From Octopus bimaculoides (Eukaryota), in the NCBI RefSeq assembly GCF_001194135.2, contig NC_068985.1, positions 65,731,088-65,780,036 on the forward strand: a stretch of DNA of 48,949 nt. The letters run 5' to 3'. Numbering within the stretch: the stretch's first letter is position 1; the number at the start of each line of letters is the position of its first letter. Both the position numbers and the translations under genes were made by a program. This document shows positions 11,601 through 24,074 of the stretch, piece by piece. The notes below the pieces were generated by a model. It saw only the letters and a list, made by a program, of their open reading frames with translations, was not told the DNA's origin and did not search any database.

Positions 11601-11739
11601 ATCGAAAAATACCTTAGGAATGAGAACCCAGGTTCGAAATTTCCCCAAGACACCTGATGAAGGCTGGAGGATAAATTAGCCGAAACGTTGTGTTAGCAAC
11701 AAATAAGATGAGGACAAATATCCGTCAAATGTAAATAAT
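11601..11739 (+). mobile_element. Penelope-type terminal repeat fragment carrying a hammerhead
   Basis: Homologous to 11292-11463 and 39275-39327; flanked by (AAT)n. Confidence 0.7.
11649..11694 (+). ncRNA. Minimal type I hammerhead ribozyme with intact core
   Basis: GACAC (stem I) CTGATGA A GGCT..AGCC (stem II) GAAAC GTT (palindromic stem III) GTGTT (stem I). Confidence 0.75.
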
Positions 11740-11968
11740 CTATTCTAATATTATTGAGAAAAGCATAAATGTCACAGGAATCCATTTATCTTACTCTTAA
11801 CAGTTTTGATCAAGCTAAATTATAATTGACTGCATGTCTATGTGTTTTGTAATTATATATAATGGTTAGTCGTATTGTGTATCACACAATACACAGAGAG
11901 TGCATGCTATATGTGGCTTATGTGCAATTTTTGTAGGAGTGTACGTTTTTTACTCGTCCTACTATTTC

Positions 11969-13333
11969 TGTAGTTCCGTTTGGTAGCTAATTTCCTTCCA
12001 CTCACATTCCTAACTGCAAATCTACTCCCAATAATATATTTTTATCTACAAACTTCTTGGATTAACTTTTGCCGTAGTAGACCACCATTTTCCTTGGATG
12101 CCAAATTTACTTTACTATACTATATATTGCAGTCTCTCTATCTTACTATATGTCTAACTTAAAGCTATTGACCTATTTACTTAGGATTTACACCACAAAC
12201 ACTTTCCCTTTTCTAACCTGCCATTATATACACTTCCTCAGCCTGAGATTCTGTTGCCACATCATTGATCATGGTTTTAGTCTTCTCACTCTTGTATGCA
12301 ACTCGCTTTCGATACGCGACTGTATGCGTTCCATGTACTTCAAATGACTCAGTTTGCCAACCCAAAGTTACCCATTTTAATAAGCTGTCCATCACCTGAC
12401 TGACTTTTATTTACGCGGCAATTGTCTCCACTCCATTGCCGTCAGGACGCAAACTGACCAACCGTAGCCCCTAATAAGGTCACGTGAGAGTGTTTCTTCT
12501 AATGCTTTCCTGGAGCCCCTATTTTCCTATAAATAGCCTAAATTATACCCGCCAATTCGTCGCGCCTCAGATCTCCTAGATCTGGCCGCTGACCACACAC
12601 GCGTAACACAGCCAGCCAGTTCCAGCGACGACATCAACAACACCATCGTTCAACTACGAACTACAAGCATCGCCCCGACATCGCCAGCAGCAACACGACT
12701 CTACGACTACCAGCATCGCCGCCAGCGTCAACATGACTCTACACGTACACAAGCTACCAACAGCTAACCGCAGCTTCTCTTCTCGACCCTGTTTGTGTGA
12801 TTTCTGGACCACGAAAATAACAACCAGAATCCGACACCTGCGAAGAACATCTGTATTTAAGAACCCGGCCTGGCATAGAAGCCCTAACATCACGATGAGT
12901 GATCGCTCTGCCCTAACGCTTTAACTTCTTACATACAGACACTTACTACTGTGTACTCTAATTAAGAACTGGTAAATTATACGTGTTACTGACTCTTATC
13001 AATACTATGTATCTCTCGCATTCACATACATGTATTACTCGCACACACTCTTTTGTTTACATGATGGACTGTCTTATATTGTGTTTCATTATGTCGCATT
13101 CACTCACACACAGACATACAGTTTAATGCTCCAATAAATCTTACTGTTATTCATCTCTATCGGTTGTGTCAATATCGTTTTCTTTACTGGCATTTCTAAG
13201 TTCTCTATGTTATAGAATTATAACATATTTATAATTTTATATTTTTGTGTTCGACCGTGTAACGCGTTTAATAAAGGAACCTGTTTTCCATTCGTCACCA
13301 TTTCTCCTTTTGGTTCGCACGGTCGTTCTTACA
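11969..13333 (+). mobile_element. Probable solo LTR
   Basis: TGTAG...TTACA ends, CACGTG (12481), TATAAATA (12528), AATAAA (13270), CpG-rich repeated interior, no real ORF. The left boundary is a guess and the TSD is imperfect (ATTTC/ATCTT). Confidence 0.55.
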
Positions 13334-13339
13334 ATCTTA

Positions 13340-13818
13340 ACCGACAAGATTTCGATTTCTTTAATAACACCAAAACACACAAACTCCAAGAATTTGCTCC
13401 GATCACTTCACACTGCTTTATGCTGTAATCTCTTTACTTAGCAACTTATACATCTCTGGCTCGAAACTTTGCAGGGGTCTCCTCTTGTTTCATTCACATA
13501 CACTGTAGACGCGCCGAGACCGAGTGCAAGTTCAACACTTTCTCTTGTAACATGCTACGCGGTTCCCAGAATTTGTACTGTTTCAAGGATTTCAATCAGC
13601 ATCATTCAAACTGGGCAACTCACTTGCAGACGGTTTCCCCTCCATCCCACCTCTATCTGCCAGCATTACTACTTGGAGTGTTCCATAATTCATCTGTAAT
13701 TTTTCAACCATGGTATGAAATCTGTACTCTTCCTCTTAGAAGAATAGTACAAGTGTCTGAAACGCCTGGCAGGAAGTTAACTCACTGAAATATTTTTTAC
13801 GGAGTGAATCCGTTACCA
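13340..13818 (-). mobile_element. Decayed LTR-retrotransposon gag remnant with possible PBS
   Basis: Minus frame LLPGVSDT...LKQYKFW...LQEKVLNL...LQCM*MKQEETPAKFRARD with stops; TGGTAACGGATTCA at 13818-13805 is PBS-like. Confidence 0.55.
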
Positions 13819-15972
13819 TGGAAAGGGACCAACAGCAAAGGCGGATTGGTTAGTGTTGAGTGCATAAACACTAATAGAAACGGAAATTATGTCAATATCT
13901 ATGTCTAAACTAAAGGATACACCACAATGTTCATCCTGATCTTGCAGAACAGGATGCATATATGGAAAATTGAAATTAAAAGCATTTTCGCCAATTAGTT
14001 TGTACCTTTGATTGGATACGCATGTAGTGATGTTTTTAAGGTAAACAAAGCAAAAACTTCTGAAAGGTAATGGGGTCTTCGGAGTTGGATTAAGTTGTCA
14101 TTCAATAAATGATCAGAAGTTAATTTTTGTTGCTCCAGTCGAAATTGGATCCTTTCTTACTCGAAAGTGATACTGAAGTAAAAGCTATTGCTAGTTAAGG
14201 TAATCGGTTATATGCTACCTTGCTTTTACTGGAGTTCATGACGATGTGATGTGTAGTCCAATAATTTGATTTGGTAGGCAATATATCTTCTGTGAATTTT
14301 CAACTTACATTTTTCTGTTAAAAAATAATATTCATTAATATGTTACGGTCATAAAAAATTATACGACTCATTTGAAACGTTCTAATATTTATGAATTTAA
14401 CAATACTAAAGCGACTCTCTAAAAATATTATTCTGGTATCCAGTTTTTAGATTAAACCAGATTGACAGAGGTTGAGGGAAAGTGATATACTTTTCATCCT
14501 TTTCCATCGATAAAACGAAGATTATTGTTGTTTAGTCCGAGGTCCTGAAAGAACAACTATGATCAAAGACGCTTCGACCAGGAGAATCCCGGCTAAAATG
14601 TCCTTTTTCTTTTGACATATAGGACATATATTTCTTGAAAAATCAAGTAACCGCAAAGAAAGTCCTGCTTTGGCCTAAATGTCGTGTAATAATATGAATA
14701 CATGATTTTAACAGCTTACAATAAAATTTGACAACTGTGAATAATTGTATTTTCTAATTTTAAACTTTTAAATCAGATGATCTTCAAATATGTTTTATGT
14801 AGGCAAGCCTATCAATAAGGATGATAGGTAGTGAACGACCAGTGGTGTTTTGACGATGACCAAAATACTTAACTTAACTCAACTGCCGAGTCATTAACTA
14901 CGAATCTACTGACTGTAAGGAACAGTTTTAAACGTTTTTCTGTGTACAAACTAATAGCGTAGACCAGTTTCCTATCTTGGGAAAATTTACCTTTCATTTT
15001 TTCAAAGGCATTGAGAAAGACTCAAGTTCAGAGAGAGAATGGAGAATGATAACGTTTATGTCTTTTCAAAGGTAAGTCGTGATATAAATAAAGTAAATTA
15101 GCAGAGCAGTTTTAATGCCTTGCGGTATTTTGCAATGTTTCGATTTGAAATCTAGTTTAGAGTCTTAATAGTAATAGTACCAACCTAATACTGAGGTCGA
15201 TATAATTGACTGATCCCTCCCTCACCAAATGTTTAACTTCGTGCCTCTATTAGAAATAAAATGATAATTTAAAAATATCACATGGACGTGCAATTCGTTT
15301 CAATTATGTTTATGTCTTCTAAAGAACAGTGTAATAAATTGAATTCGCTTATGGAAAGGATTAGAAACTGGGCTGCTTACTTGGAACCTCTTACATTGTC
15401 CACATATTTACAAATAAGGGTATATAGAGTGTAAATAAAGGTATAAATAAGGGTGTATGCTAATAGTCTCCTTAGCTAATCTTGAATGCATTTACTCTTT
15501 CAAAATTCTATCATGTAATTCATTAATTCTTTCAAAATTCTTTCAATTTTGGAACCTTATTCTGAAAACACTAGTTGTAGCAAAGACCTAAAAATGGTTC
15601 CCACAGGTTAACTGGTATTCTCGTTTCTTCACTTTCTTGCACTTCCATCATTCTTTAATGAACTCTAGTAGTATTTTTATTCTCTAATTCTTTCTTATCT
15701 CTGTATTTTCTTACACGAGTTTTTTTCTATTTGTTAAACATTTCTTATAAACTGTCATGAGTTTGTTATTCATACGAACTTCAACTGTTCGATTTTGATT
15801 GCAAATCGATCATTCAACAATGACAATTCAATTTTACTGTACCTAAGTTCAAGCCTCTTCCAGTATTCATTAAAAACTAACCTGCTCTAGATTATCTTCA
15901 TATGTTTACATTCTTTTTACACAATGGTCCGCAAGATACGGTCTTGTAATGGAAAGAAATTAAAAGAAGACT

Positions 15973-16100
15973 GGTGTGGTGGTGTGGTGTGGTGGTGTGG
16001 TGTGGTGGTGTGGTGTGGTGGTGTGGTGTGGTGGTGTGGTGTGGTGGTGTGGTGTGGTGGTGTGGTGTGGTGGTGTGGTGTGGGGTGGTGTGGGATGTGG
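15973..16100. repeat. (GGTGT/GGT)n G-rich tandem repeat
   Basis: Direct reading. Confidence 0.95.
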
Positions 16101-16139
16101 GGTGTTGTTGGTGTGTGGGGCAGGTGTGGCTAAGCACAA

Positions 16140-16470
16140 GTGTGGCTGTGTGATAAGCTTGCTTCATAACCACATAGTTCCAGGTTCAGTTCCACTGCGT
16201 GGCACCTTGGGCAAGTATCTTCCACTATAGCCTCGTGTCGACCAAAGTCTTGTGAGTGGATTTGGTAGACAGAAACTGAAAGAAGCCCATCGTGTATATG
16301 TGTGTGTGTTTGTGTTTGCCTCCTACTATTGCTTGAAGTGTTGATTTGTTTACGTCCCAGAAACTTAGCAGTTCGGCAAAAGTATTGTAAGTACTGGGGT
16401 CGAATCATTCAACTAAAAATTCTTCAAGACGGTACCCCAGCTTGGCTGCAGTCTAATGACTGAAAGAAGT
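16140..16470 (+). mobile_element. Long tRNA-head SINE
   Basis: GTGGCTGTGTG..GGTTCAGTTCCACTGCGTGGCACCTTGGGCAAG head; homologous to the minus-strand copy at 44341-44757. Confidence 0.75.
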
Positions 16471-16499
16471 GGGACAGAAAGCTTAAACAATCCTTAGCA

Positions 16500-17330
16500 G
16501 AACAATCCACAACTGTTTTGCTTTACTGTAGGTATGTGGATAACATTAATATTCTAGTTAGGACAAACTCTATTAACTGTAATGTAGAAACCGAGAGGAG
16601 CCTAAAGGAGAGCATCCAGCATGTAGCTAATTCCATCCACCAAAGTATCAAGGTAACTATAGATTATCCCACTAGGCACCTTAACAATAGACTCCCTGTC
16701 CTTGATACTGAACTTTGATTAGAGACTGTGAACAACAGAGTGCAACTCCCCCACTCCTATCACATGAAACCTATAGTTTCTAAATATTTTGTTCACAAGA
16801 ACTCAGTTTTGTCACACAACATGAAAATCAACATACTGACAGCAGACTTAGTTAGGATAATGAATAACGTGTTCCCACTATGCAAACCCTATAAAACAAA
16901 GAAACATGTACAGAACTTCATGCACCACATGCAATTCTCTGGATATGATCAGAAAGATAGGGTTTGGGTATACAGGGGAGCTAGAAAGAAGTTAGATAGC
17001 ATTATGTGTAATGAAACCAGTGGCACCTGCCTTAGATATAGAAATAAAGACTGGAATAGGATACAAAGAGTTTGTGACAAAGCAAACAAGGTAAACACAT
17101 GGTACAAGGCCGACAAATATCAAAGAGTGATATTTGTAGAGGCCACAACCCATGGAGAACTAGCTTGAAGATATAGGAAAGCTCTGAAGGAGGTTCAACT
17201 CAACATTAAGATCGTTGAAAAGCTAGGAGGCTCCATTAGATCACGACTATACAACAAAAAAAATGATTAAGTAAATGAGTGGAAATCAAACCGGTGAGTG
17301 TATTAAATAATAAGGTACTAAAAGAGAATG
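16500..17330 (+). mobile_element. Penelope-like element, RT C-terminal/thumb region, pseudogenised
   Basis: RYVDN, IDYPTRH..RLPVLD, KP..SK..V.KNS, MQFSGY..R, YRNKDW, VIFVEAT.HGELA motifs with in-frame stops. Confidence 0.75.
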
Positions 17331-17353
17331 ACTCCCCGCAGACACAATAAAAA

Positions 17354-17355
<2 letters not shown>

Positions 17356-17412
<57 letters not shown>
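17356..17412. repeat. (CA)n microsatellite running into a gap
   Basis: Direct reading. Confidence 0.95.
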
Positions 17413-17875
17413 NNNNNNNNNNNNNNNNNNNNNNNNNNNNNNNNNNNNNNNNNNNNNNNNNNNNNNNNNNNNNNNNNNNNNNNNNNNNNNNNNNNNNNNN
17501 NNNNNNNNNNNNNNNNNNNNNNNNNNNNNNNNNNNNNNNNNNNNNNNNNNNNNNNNNNNNNNNNNNNNNNNNNNNNNNNNNNNNNNNNNNNNNNNNNNNN
17601 NNNNNNNNNNNNNNNNNNNNNNNNNNNNNNNNNNNNNNNNNNNNNNNNNNNNNNNNNNNNNNNNNNNNNNNNNNNNNNNNNNNNNNNNNNNNNNNNNNNN
17701 NNNNNNNNNNNNNNNNNNNNNNNNNNATATATATATATATATATATATAAAGTTAAAACTTACTTGCAAATGGACGCGTGGCATTCGATAATATAATAAT
17801 ACAAATGATATGTGAGCATATGCATATATATATACATACATATATGTACATACCAACAGAATGAACATATAGGAA

Positions 17876-18007
17876 AACAGACAAGCCACGTATGGAACTT
17901 TTCCTTCATTAGCTGCCTCTATTCTAAACTAGGCGTTTCGAAGATGAGGTCTTAGAATAGCTCTTCCCGCAAAGCAATTTAAACCTGCTATACGTGGCTT
18001 GTCTGTT
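17876..18007. repeat. 132-bp element bounded by perfect 18-bp inverted repeats
   Basis: AACAGACAAGCCACGTAT (17876-17893) / ATACGTGGCTTGTCTGTT (17990-18007). Confidence 0.75.
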
Positions 18008-18114
18008 CTATGTGTTCATTCTGTTGTCCGTAAAAAAAGTCTGTTTTTTTTGTGCTTTGTTTATGTTCCCATTCCTTTTTTGTCCACATTTTTTTGACGT
18101 TTGTACCAGGATAT

Positions 18115-18345
18115 GCATCTATATATACTTGTAGATGTAGGTATGTACATATATGTATGTATATATACATATGCTCACATATCATTTGCATTATTATATA
18201 TACATATACAGTATATAATATATATGTATATATGTGTGCGTATATATGTGTATGCCTATATGTCTATATATATATGTATGTGTATATATGTATGTATGTA
18301 TATATATATATATATATATATTATTATTATTATTATATGTATTTA
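18115..18345. repeat. Degenerate (TA/TG)n low complexity
   Basis: Direct reading; similar tract at 19394-19560. Confidence 0.85.
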
Positions 18346-19393
18346 TTTTCTCTTAATTAATAAATAACTCGGACAAAATAAATTGGTTAATAGATACCAG
18401 GGTAGCAAAGATCACAGAATGACTGTGGTGTAACTCCTGTTTATGAGGTAGAAACTCCTTGTTATTTTGGGTACTTGAGTATATATAAAATTAATGAATG
18501 GAGTAAAACGCATATGTTAACTGCATACTTTTATTTCCAACATATGTTTCGAAGATTACAAATTATACNNNNNNNNNNNNNNNNNNNNNNNNNNNNNNNN
18601 NNNNNNNNNNNNNNNNNNNNNNNNNNNNNNNNNNNNNNNNNNNNNNNNNNNNNNNNNNNNNNNNNNNNNNNNNNNNNNNNNNNNNNNNNNNNNNNNNNNN
18701 NNNNNNNNNNNNNNNNNNNNNNNNNNNNNNNNNNNNNNNNNNNNNNNNNNNNNNNNNNNNNNNNNNNNNNNNNNNNNNNNNNNNNNNNNNNNNNNNNNNN
18801 NNNNNNNNNNNNNNNNNNNNNNNNNNNNNNNNNNNNNNNNNNNNNNNNNNNNNNNNNNNNNNNNNNNNNNNNNNNNNNNNNNNNNNNNNNNNNNNNNNNN
18901 NNNNNNNNNNNNNNNNNNNNNNNNNNNNNNNNNNNNNNNNNNNNNNNNNNNNNNNNNNNNNNNNNNNNNNNNNNNNNNNNNNNNNNNNNNNNNNNNNNNN
19001 NNNNNNNNNNNNNNNNNNNNNNNNNNNNNNNNNNNNNNNNNNNNNNNNNNNNNNNNNNNNNNNNNNNNNNNNNNNNNNNNNNNNNNNNNNNNNNNNNNNN
19101 NNNNNNNNNNNNNNNNNNNNNNNNNNNNNNNNNNNNNNNNNNNNNNNNNNNNNNNNNNNNNNNNNNNNNNNNNNNNNNNNNNNNNNNNNNNNNNNNNNNN
19201 NNNNNNNNNNNNNNNNNNNNNNNNNNNNNNNNNNNNNNNNNNNNNNNNNNNNNNNNNNNNNNNNNNNNNNNNNNNNNNNNNNNNNNNNNNNNNNNNNNNN
19301 NNNNNNNNNNNNNNNNNNNNNNNNNNNNNNNNNNNNNNNNNNNNNNNNNNNNNNNNNNNNNNNNNNNNNNNNNNNNNNNNNNNNNNNNNNNNN

Positions 19394-19434
<41 letters not shown>

Positions 19435-19636
19435 CATACATACATACATACACAGTATATAATATATATATGTGTGTGTATATATGTGTATGCATATATG
19501 TGTATATATACGTGTATGTATGTGTATATATGGGGTAGTGTATATATGTATATACGCAGGCGCAGTCAAAACACGCGCATGCACGCACACATGTACGCAC
19601 ATGCATTGTTTTTTAAAACATTATCTTCCGCTTTTA

Positions 19637-19814
19637 TCTTTTACCTGTTTCAGCCATTTGACTGCTGCCATGCCGGAGCATGAATTTAAAGGGTTTTACT
19701 CAATAAAATCGACCCCGGGACTTAATTTTTTTAAAACCTAGTACTTGTTCTATCGGTCTCTGTTACATTTCTCAGACGTAAACACAGCAGCACCGGTTGT
19801 CAAGCGATGGTTGG

Positions 19815-19815
<1 letters not shown>
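19637..19815 (-). mobile_element. Long SINE, 3' part
   Basis: Homologous to the 3' half of 16140-16470 and to 44341-44530; followed by (CA)n to ~19915. Confidence 0.7.
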
Positions 19816-19846
<31 letters not shown>

Positions 19847-20619
19847 ACACACACACACACATACACATACACACACACAGAGACACAGACACACGCACAC
19901 ACACACACGCACATATGTAGTGAGTTCTAGAATGGAGGTGATGAGATTAAATTTACTCCTTTACGATTGTTTTAACAATACATAGTTCAGGCATATGATG
20001 AATATAAATGATTGTGTAATATTACAATATTTTACATGTGATCAATGGTCATCTCGTTAGACAAATGACACTCAGAAATTTATGATGCATAGTTGCTAGG
20101 ACCACAGAAGAAGTGAATCTTCTGATATGCAAATGAGAAATAGGCTAGAATGTTATTGAGAATAGAGATTAATTTAATAGCACTAAATTAGGTTAGTAGA
20201 AAATCTTGACTCTTTATTTTATAGTACCAGATGTCTGTCGGAAAAGAAGAGTGCAATAATAAAACTTGAGTATCATCATAAAAGGAGCCATAAATGTGCT
20301 AAGGTGGATAAATCTTCAAAGAACAATGATGACAATGGATCAAGTAAAGGAATTTAAAGAAAATAAAAGAACATGTAAAAGAAAAGAAATAAATATACAA
20401 GGAAAAAAGGGCTGACTGTTAGTTACAACCAAATTTACATGTATATGTAGAACAGTGTAATGAAGAATTGTGTAGCAAATATGATTGATAAGCAGAACTT
20501 ATATTTTAGTAAAAAAGAAATAGTATTTGATATATAAGAATTAATAATATTGAAAGAATGAATAAGAACCGTTTTATTCTGCAGTTTCTGTTTTTGGTTG
20601 TACAATGCTGCAAACGAAA

Positions 20620-20945
20620 GCAGGTGGCAAAAGAACTCTCTGGTTTAACAAGAAAGTTTAAAATGTTACCCAAGCAAAGAATACTTACGAAGCTTGACTT
20701 GGAAACAAGTCCCTTTTGCACACAGCAAAGACAGCAAAAACGTCCAAGGCTAAGTCATGGAAGGACTTTGGGGTAACCTCAGCTCTGACTTTAGATTGGC
20801 CAAAAAGTATTCTGGTAGACCATCCACTGACTTCGTAACAAGAAGCCTTCCACACCTGCCATTAAGAACTCGGCTGGGGCTCTTCTGTCTACAGTGAAGA
20901 GCATCTTTGAGAGTTGGAGAAAATGCCCCGTTGATCTAAATCCCA
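20620..20945 (+). mobile_element. RTE-like LINE linker fragment
   Basis: WFNKKV...AKTSKAKSWKDFG..L.SDFRLAKK resembles the WW..EVK...AK...WEEFG..LE.DF region between EN and RT. Confidence 0.5.
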
Positions 20946-21019
20946 AAATAGGAGAGGTGGGTAAAAAAAGCCAATCATGCTATTTTTAATAATAGTTTCA
21001 AATTTTGACTCAAAGCCAG

Positions 21020-21385
21020 CGATTTTGGGGGATAGGGTAAGTTAATTATATTGACTCAGTACTTGACAGGTACTTTTTGATCGATTCTGAAAGGATGAAA
21101 GGCAAAACTGAATTCATCAGTGTTTGAGCTCAGAACGTAGAGAACCGGAAGAAATATCGTATATCATAGTGTTAAATGCTATAACGACTCTGATAATTTA
21201 TCACCAAATAATAATAACAATTCTTCTATAGTTATGGGACCAGAAATTTAGAGGATGGGATCCGGTGGTTATATTGATGTCTGTACTTAATTGGTACTTT
21301 GTTTATCAACATTGGAAAGATGAAAACTCAGAAGATAAAACGGCATAACTAAATATCGTAAGACAAATTTCTAACGCTTCAACGA
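21020..21385 (-). mobile_element. Two tandem, strongly decayed copies of the short SINE
   Basis: GGTACTT..ATC...AAAG.ATGAAA and AACGA.TCTG blocks recur twice (~21020-21192, ~21225-21385). Confidence 0.55.
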
Positions 21386-22535
21386 TATCTGTCGGTTGCA
21401 CACTCACATTTTATATCAGCATATGTATTTTTATATGATGATATTTCAGTTTACACTTTTGAGTATTATTTTTTAAATAATTTATTGTAATATGCTTTTT
21501 TTTTATTTCGCTAACTGTTATTTAAAAAAAACATTAAAGAATATATTAGACGCAACAATAGTACTAATAGTAGTTGTAGTTTTAATAAGAAGTAGTACTG
21601 GTGTTATATCTTAATTTCTAACACTGGTGTTCAATATTATGGATACTATATAATCTATATGAAAATAATGTAAAATAAAATAAATAGTATACTTAATATT
21701 GCCAGACTTTGAAAAGAAAAAAAAAAAAACAACGTAAAGGTAGCTATGTTAAAAATTAAGGAATAACCAGAAATAAGTGCTAAAATAGCAAGCAACAACA
21801 ATGGTTGCTTAGTTTTAAGATGTTCAGACCACTTGAGCAGTACTTCGAGCAAGTATTTTCCACCATAAGTTGTAAATATAATTTAGCAGAAAGAAAATTT
21901 ATTCAGCAACGCATGTCATCTTTAAGCATCGGCAAGAGAAAGCGGTATATCGGTGCTTTCGAGCAAAGACGTTTTGCGTTATGGATTCTGATGGATTCAC
22001 AGTTGTTCGCTTTCCGTTTTCGCCATATAAATTTGATGGACTAGTGAATGAACTTTTGGAAACCTATCATCACGACGCTGTTATGATAAAGAAATTTAAC
22101 TGCAACAGTTTAATAATGGCTATTTTTAGAGTTTTTCGTTTTTATACTATTTCTATTTATAAGAAAAAAAGTTATGTTATAGAACTTATCTATATAACTA
22201 ATTGCATATTTGTTAAACTGTTGCTGCATTGCTATATATAATTACTGTAAGCAATGGAGTTTATTTGACGTAGGTGCATGATCTGCCAGAAATAGCAAGC
22301 ATCTCTTTTGCGCAAGCTTTTACATCATAAAAAAGGAAACACATAGTGGCTAATATAGCCTACGCTTGAAAGTGGTTGGGATGATCAGAACTGGAACGCC
22401 ATTGAGGTCTGTTCATTGAAGGTCTTCCCGCGATTAAACAATAACGATGACAATAACATGCAATATTACAACTTTACTTCCGAAATACTGATTATCAGGG
22501 CTGCATCACTAGAACAGCACTCCGTTGACACTTAC

Positions 22536-22611
22536 CGCTTCATGCTGGCAATCAGTGCTGTCAACAAAATTATCACGAGACATGCGAGAATTACAATTCC
22601 AGCTATCAGTC
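22536..22611 (-). CDS. Host gene transmembrane exon
   Basis: TTTTTCAG|GA CTG ATA...AAG CG|GTAAGT; 76 nt, phase 1 to 2; GLIAGIVILACLVIILLTALIASMKR. Confidence 0.9.
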
Positions 22612-22719
22612 CTGAAAAATAAAATAAAAATATATGAGTTTAAAAATTTTCATAGCATTAAAAAAAATAAATGGATGTGGTAATTTTATCCCAAACTATT
22701 ACTTTTAAGAAATCTATAG

Positions 22720-24070
22720 AAATGATATTGATATCCACTGTCAGACCTTCATTTCAGTAAAAATATAAGGCATGGAATTTGGCATAGATAAATGTGCATC
22801 ATTAGTCACAAAAAAAAGGAGCAGGTAGTCGCCAGTGAAGGCATCCAATTACCAGATGAACAGACATTAATAATATCACTGAAAGAAGGAGAGAGTTATA
22901 AGTATCAAGGAGTGTTAGAATCTGACAGAGTACTAACTATGAAAATGAAAACAAAGATTGAGGAATACATTAGAAGGGTGAGGAAGCTAATGAAGTCAAA
23001 GCTAAATGGTCCAGATCTAGTGAAGGCTGTAAATACTTGAGCAGTATCGTAACTTAGATATTCAGCAGCTTTTGTAGATTGGACCACATATGAGTTAGCA
23101 AAAGTAGACAAAAGAACTAGGAAGGAATTCAGTATGAATGGAGGACTCCATCCAAGAGCAGGAGTAGCAAGATTATACTTACCTAGAAAGGAAGGTGGGA
23201 GAGGGTTAATATCAGTAGAAGACTGTGTGGAATTAACTAGAATAGATACAGGCTCCTAAGTAGGTAATAGTGAAGAAAGTTTAAGAGCTGCTAGAGTCAC
23301 AACAGGACATAGGGAATCAAAAAAAGCCAAATGAAGTTAAAAATCAGAAAAAAGAACAAAAGTTATCTGACTGGTAAGAAGAAGGCTTTGCATAGTAGAT
23401 TCCTAAAGACAGCTACAGGAAATTGTAATAAGACATGGTTATGGCTACAGAAAGGAAGGCTGAAAAGTGAGACAGAAAGTTTGTTAGCAGCATAAGATGA
23501 AACATTAAGGACTAATTGAATACAAGCCAAGATAGACAAAAGACCAATTCGATTCCCAGTGTAGGTTATGCAAATCAAAAAAGGAAAGTGTTGCTAATAT
23601 AGTAAGTGAATGTAGTATGCTGGCACAAAAAGAATACCAGAAAAGACATGACAACCTTGGGAAAGTAATCCACTAGAAGTTATGTAGAAAGCTAGGATTT
23701 GATCATATTGATAAATGTTAATACTAGAATGTAAGAAATATAAGATATTGTAGGACTTTGACCTTCAGACAGACAGAGTAATAGAAACTAGAAGGCCTGA
23801 TTTAGTAGTAGTAGATAAAAAGAATAGAAAGTACCAGATAATTGACTTTACAGTACCAAATGATGAGAAAGTCAATATGAAAAGTTTAAAGTACCAGGGT
23901 CTAGCCATTGAATTACAGAGACTAAGGAAAGTGAGGGTAAAATGAATCCCTGTAGTTATAGGTGCACTGGGAACTATTCCTAAAGACTTGAACAAATGGA
24001 TAGAGGAAATAGTCTTAAAACCCAGTTTAGTACAGCTCCAGAAAACAGTGTTGTTAGGGAACATACTGGC
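22720..24070 (+). mobile_element. R4/Dong-like non-LTR retrotransposon, 3' half, decayed
   Basis: GMEFGIDKC, YKYQG, SKLNG, LHPRAGVARLYLPRKEGGRGL, SEC.MLAQKEY.KRHD, RRPDLVVVD, IPVVIGALG. Confidence 0.85.
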
Positions 24071-24074
24071 TAGC

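Noticed and set aside
16140-16215. tRNA gene (also 28559-28640)
   Set aside because: tRNA-like heads continue into SINE bodies and lack a complete cloverleaf.
15898-16230. V/W/C/G or H/T/P repeat proteins; CRISPR- or telomere-like array
   Set aside because: Simple GGTGT tandem repeat without unique spacers; not TTAGGG.
21805-22241. Two short overlapping ORFs, possibly a transposase
   Set aside because: No recognisable motif on either strand.
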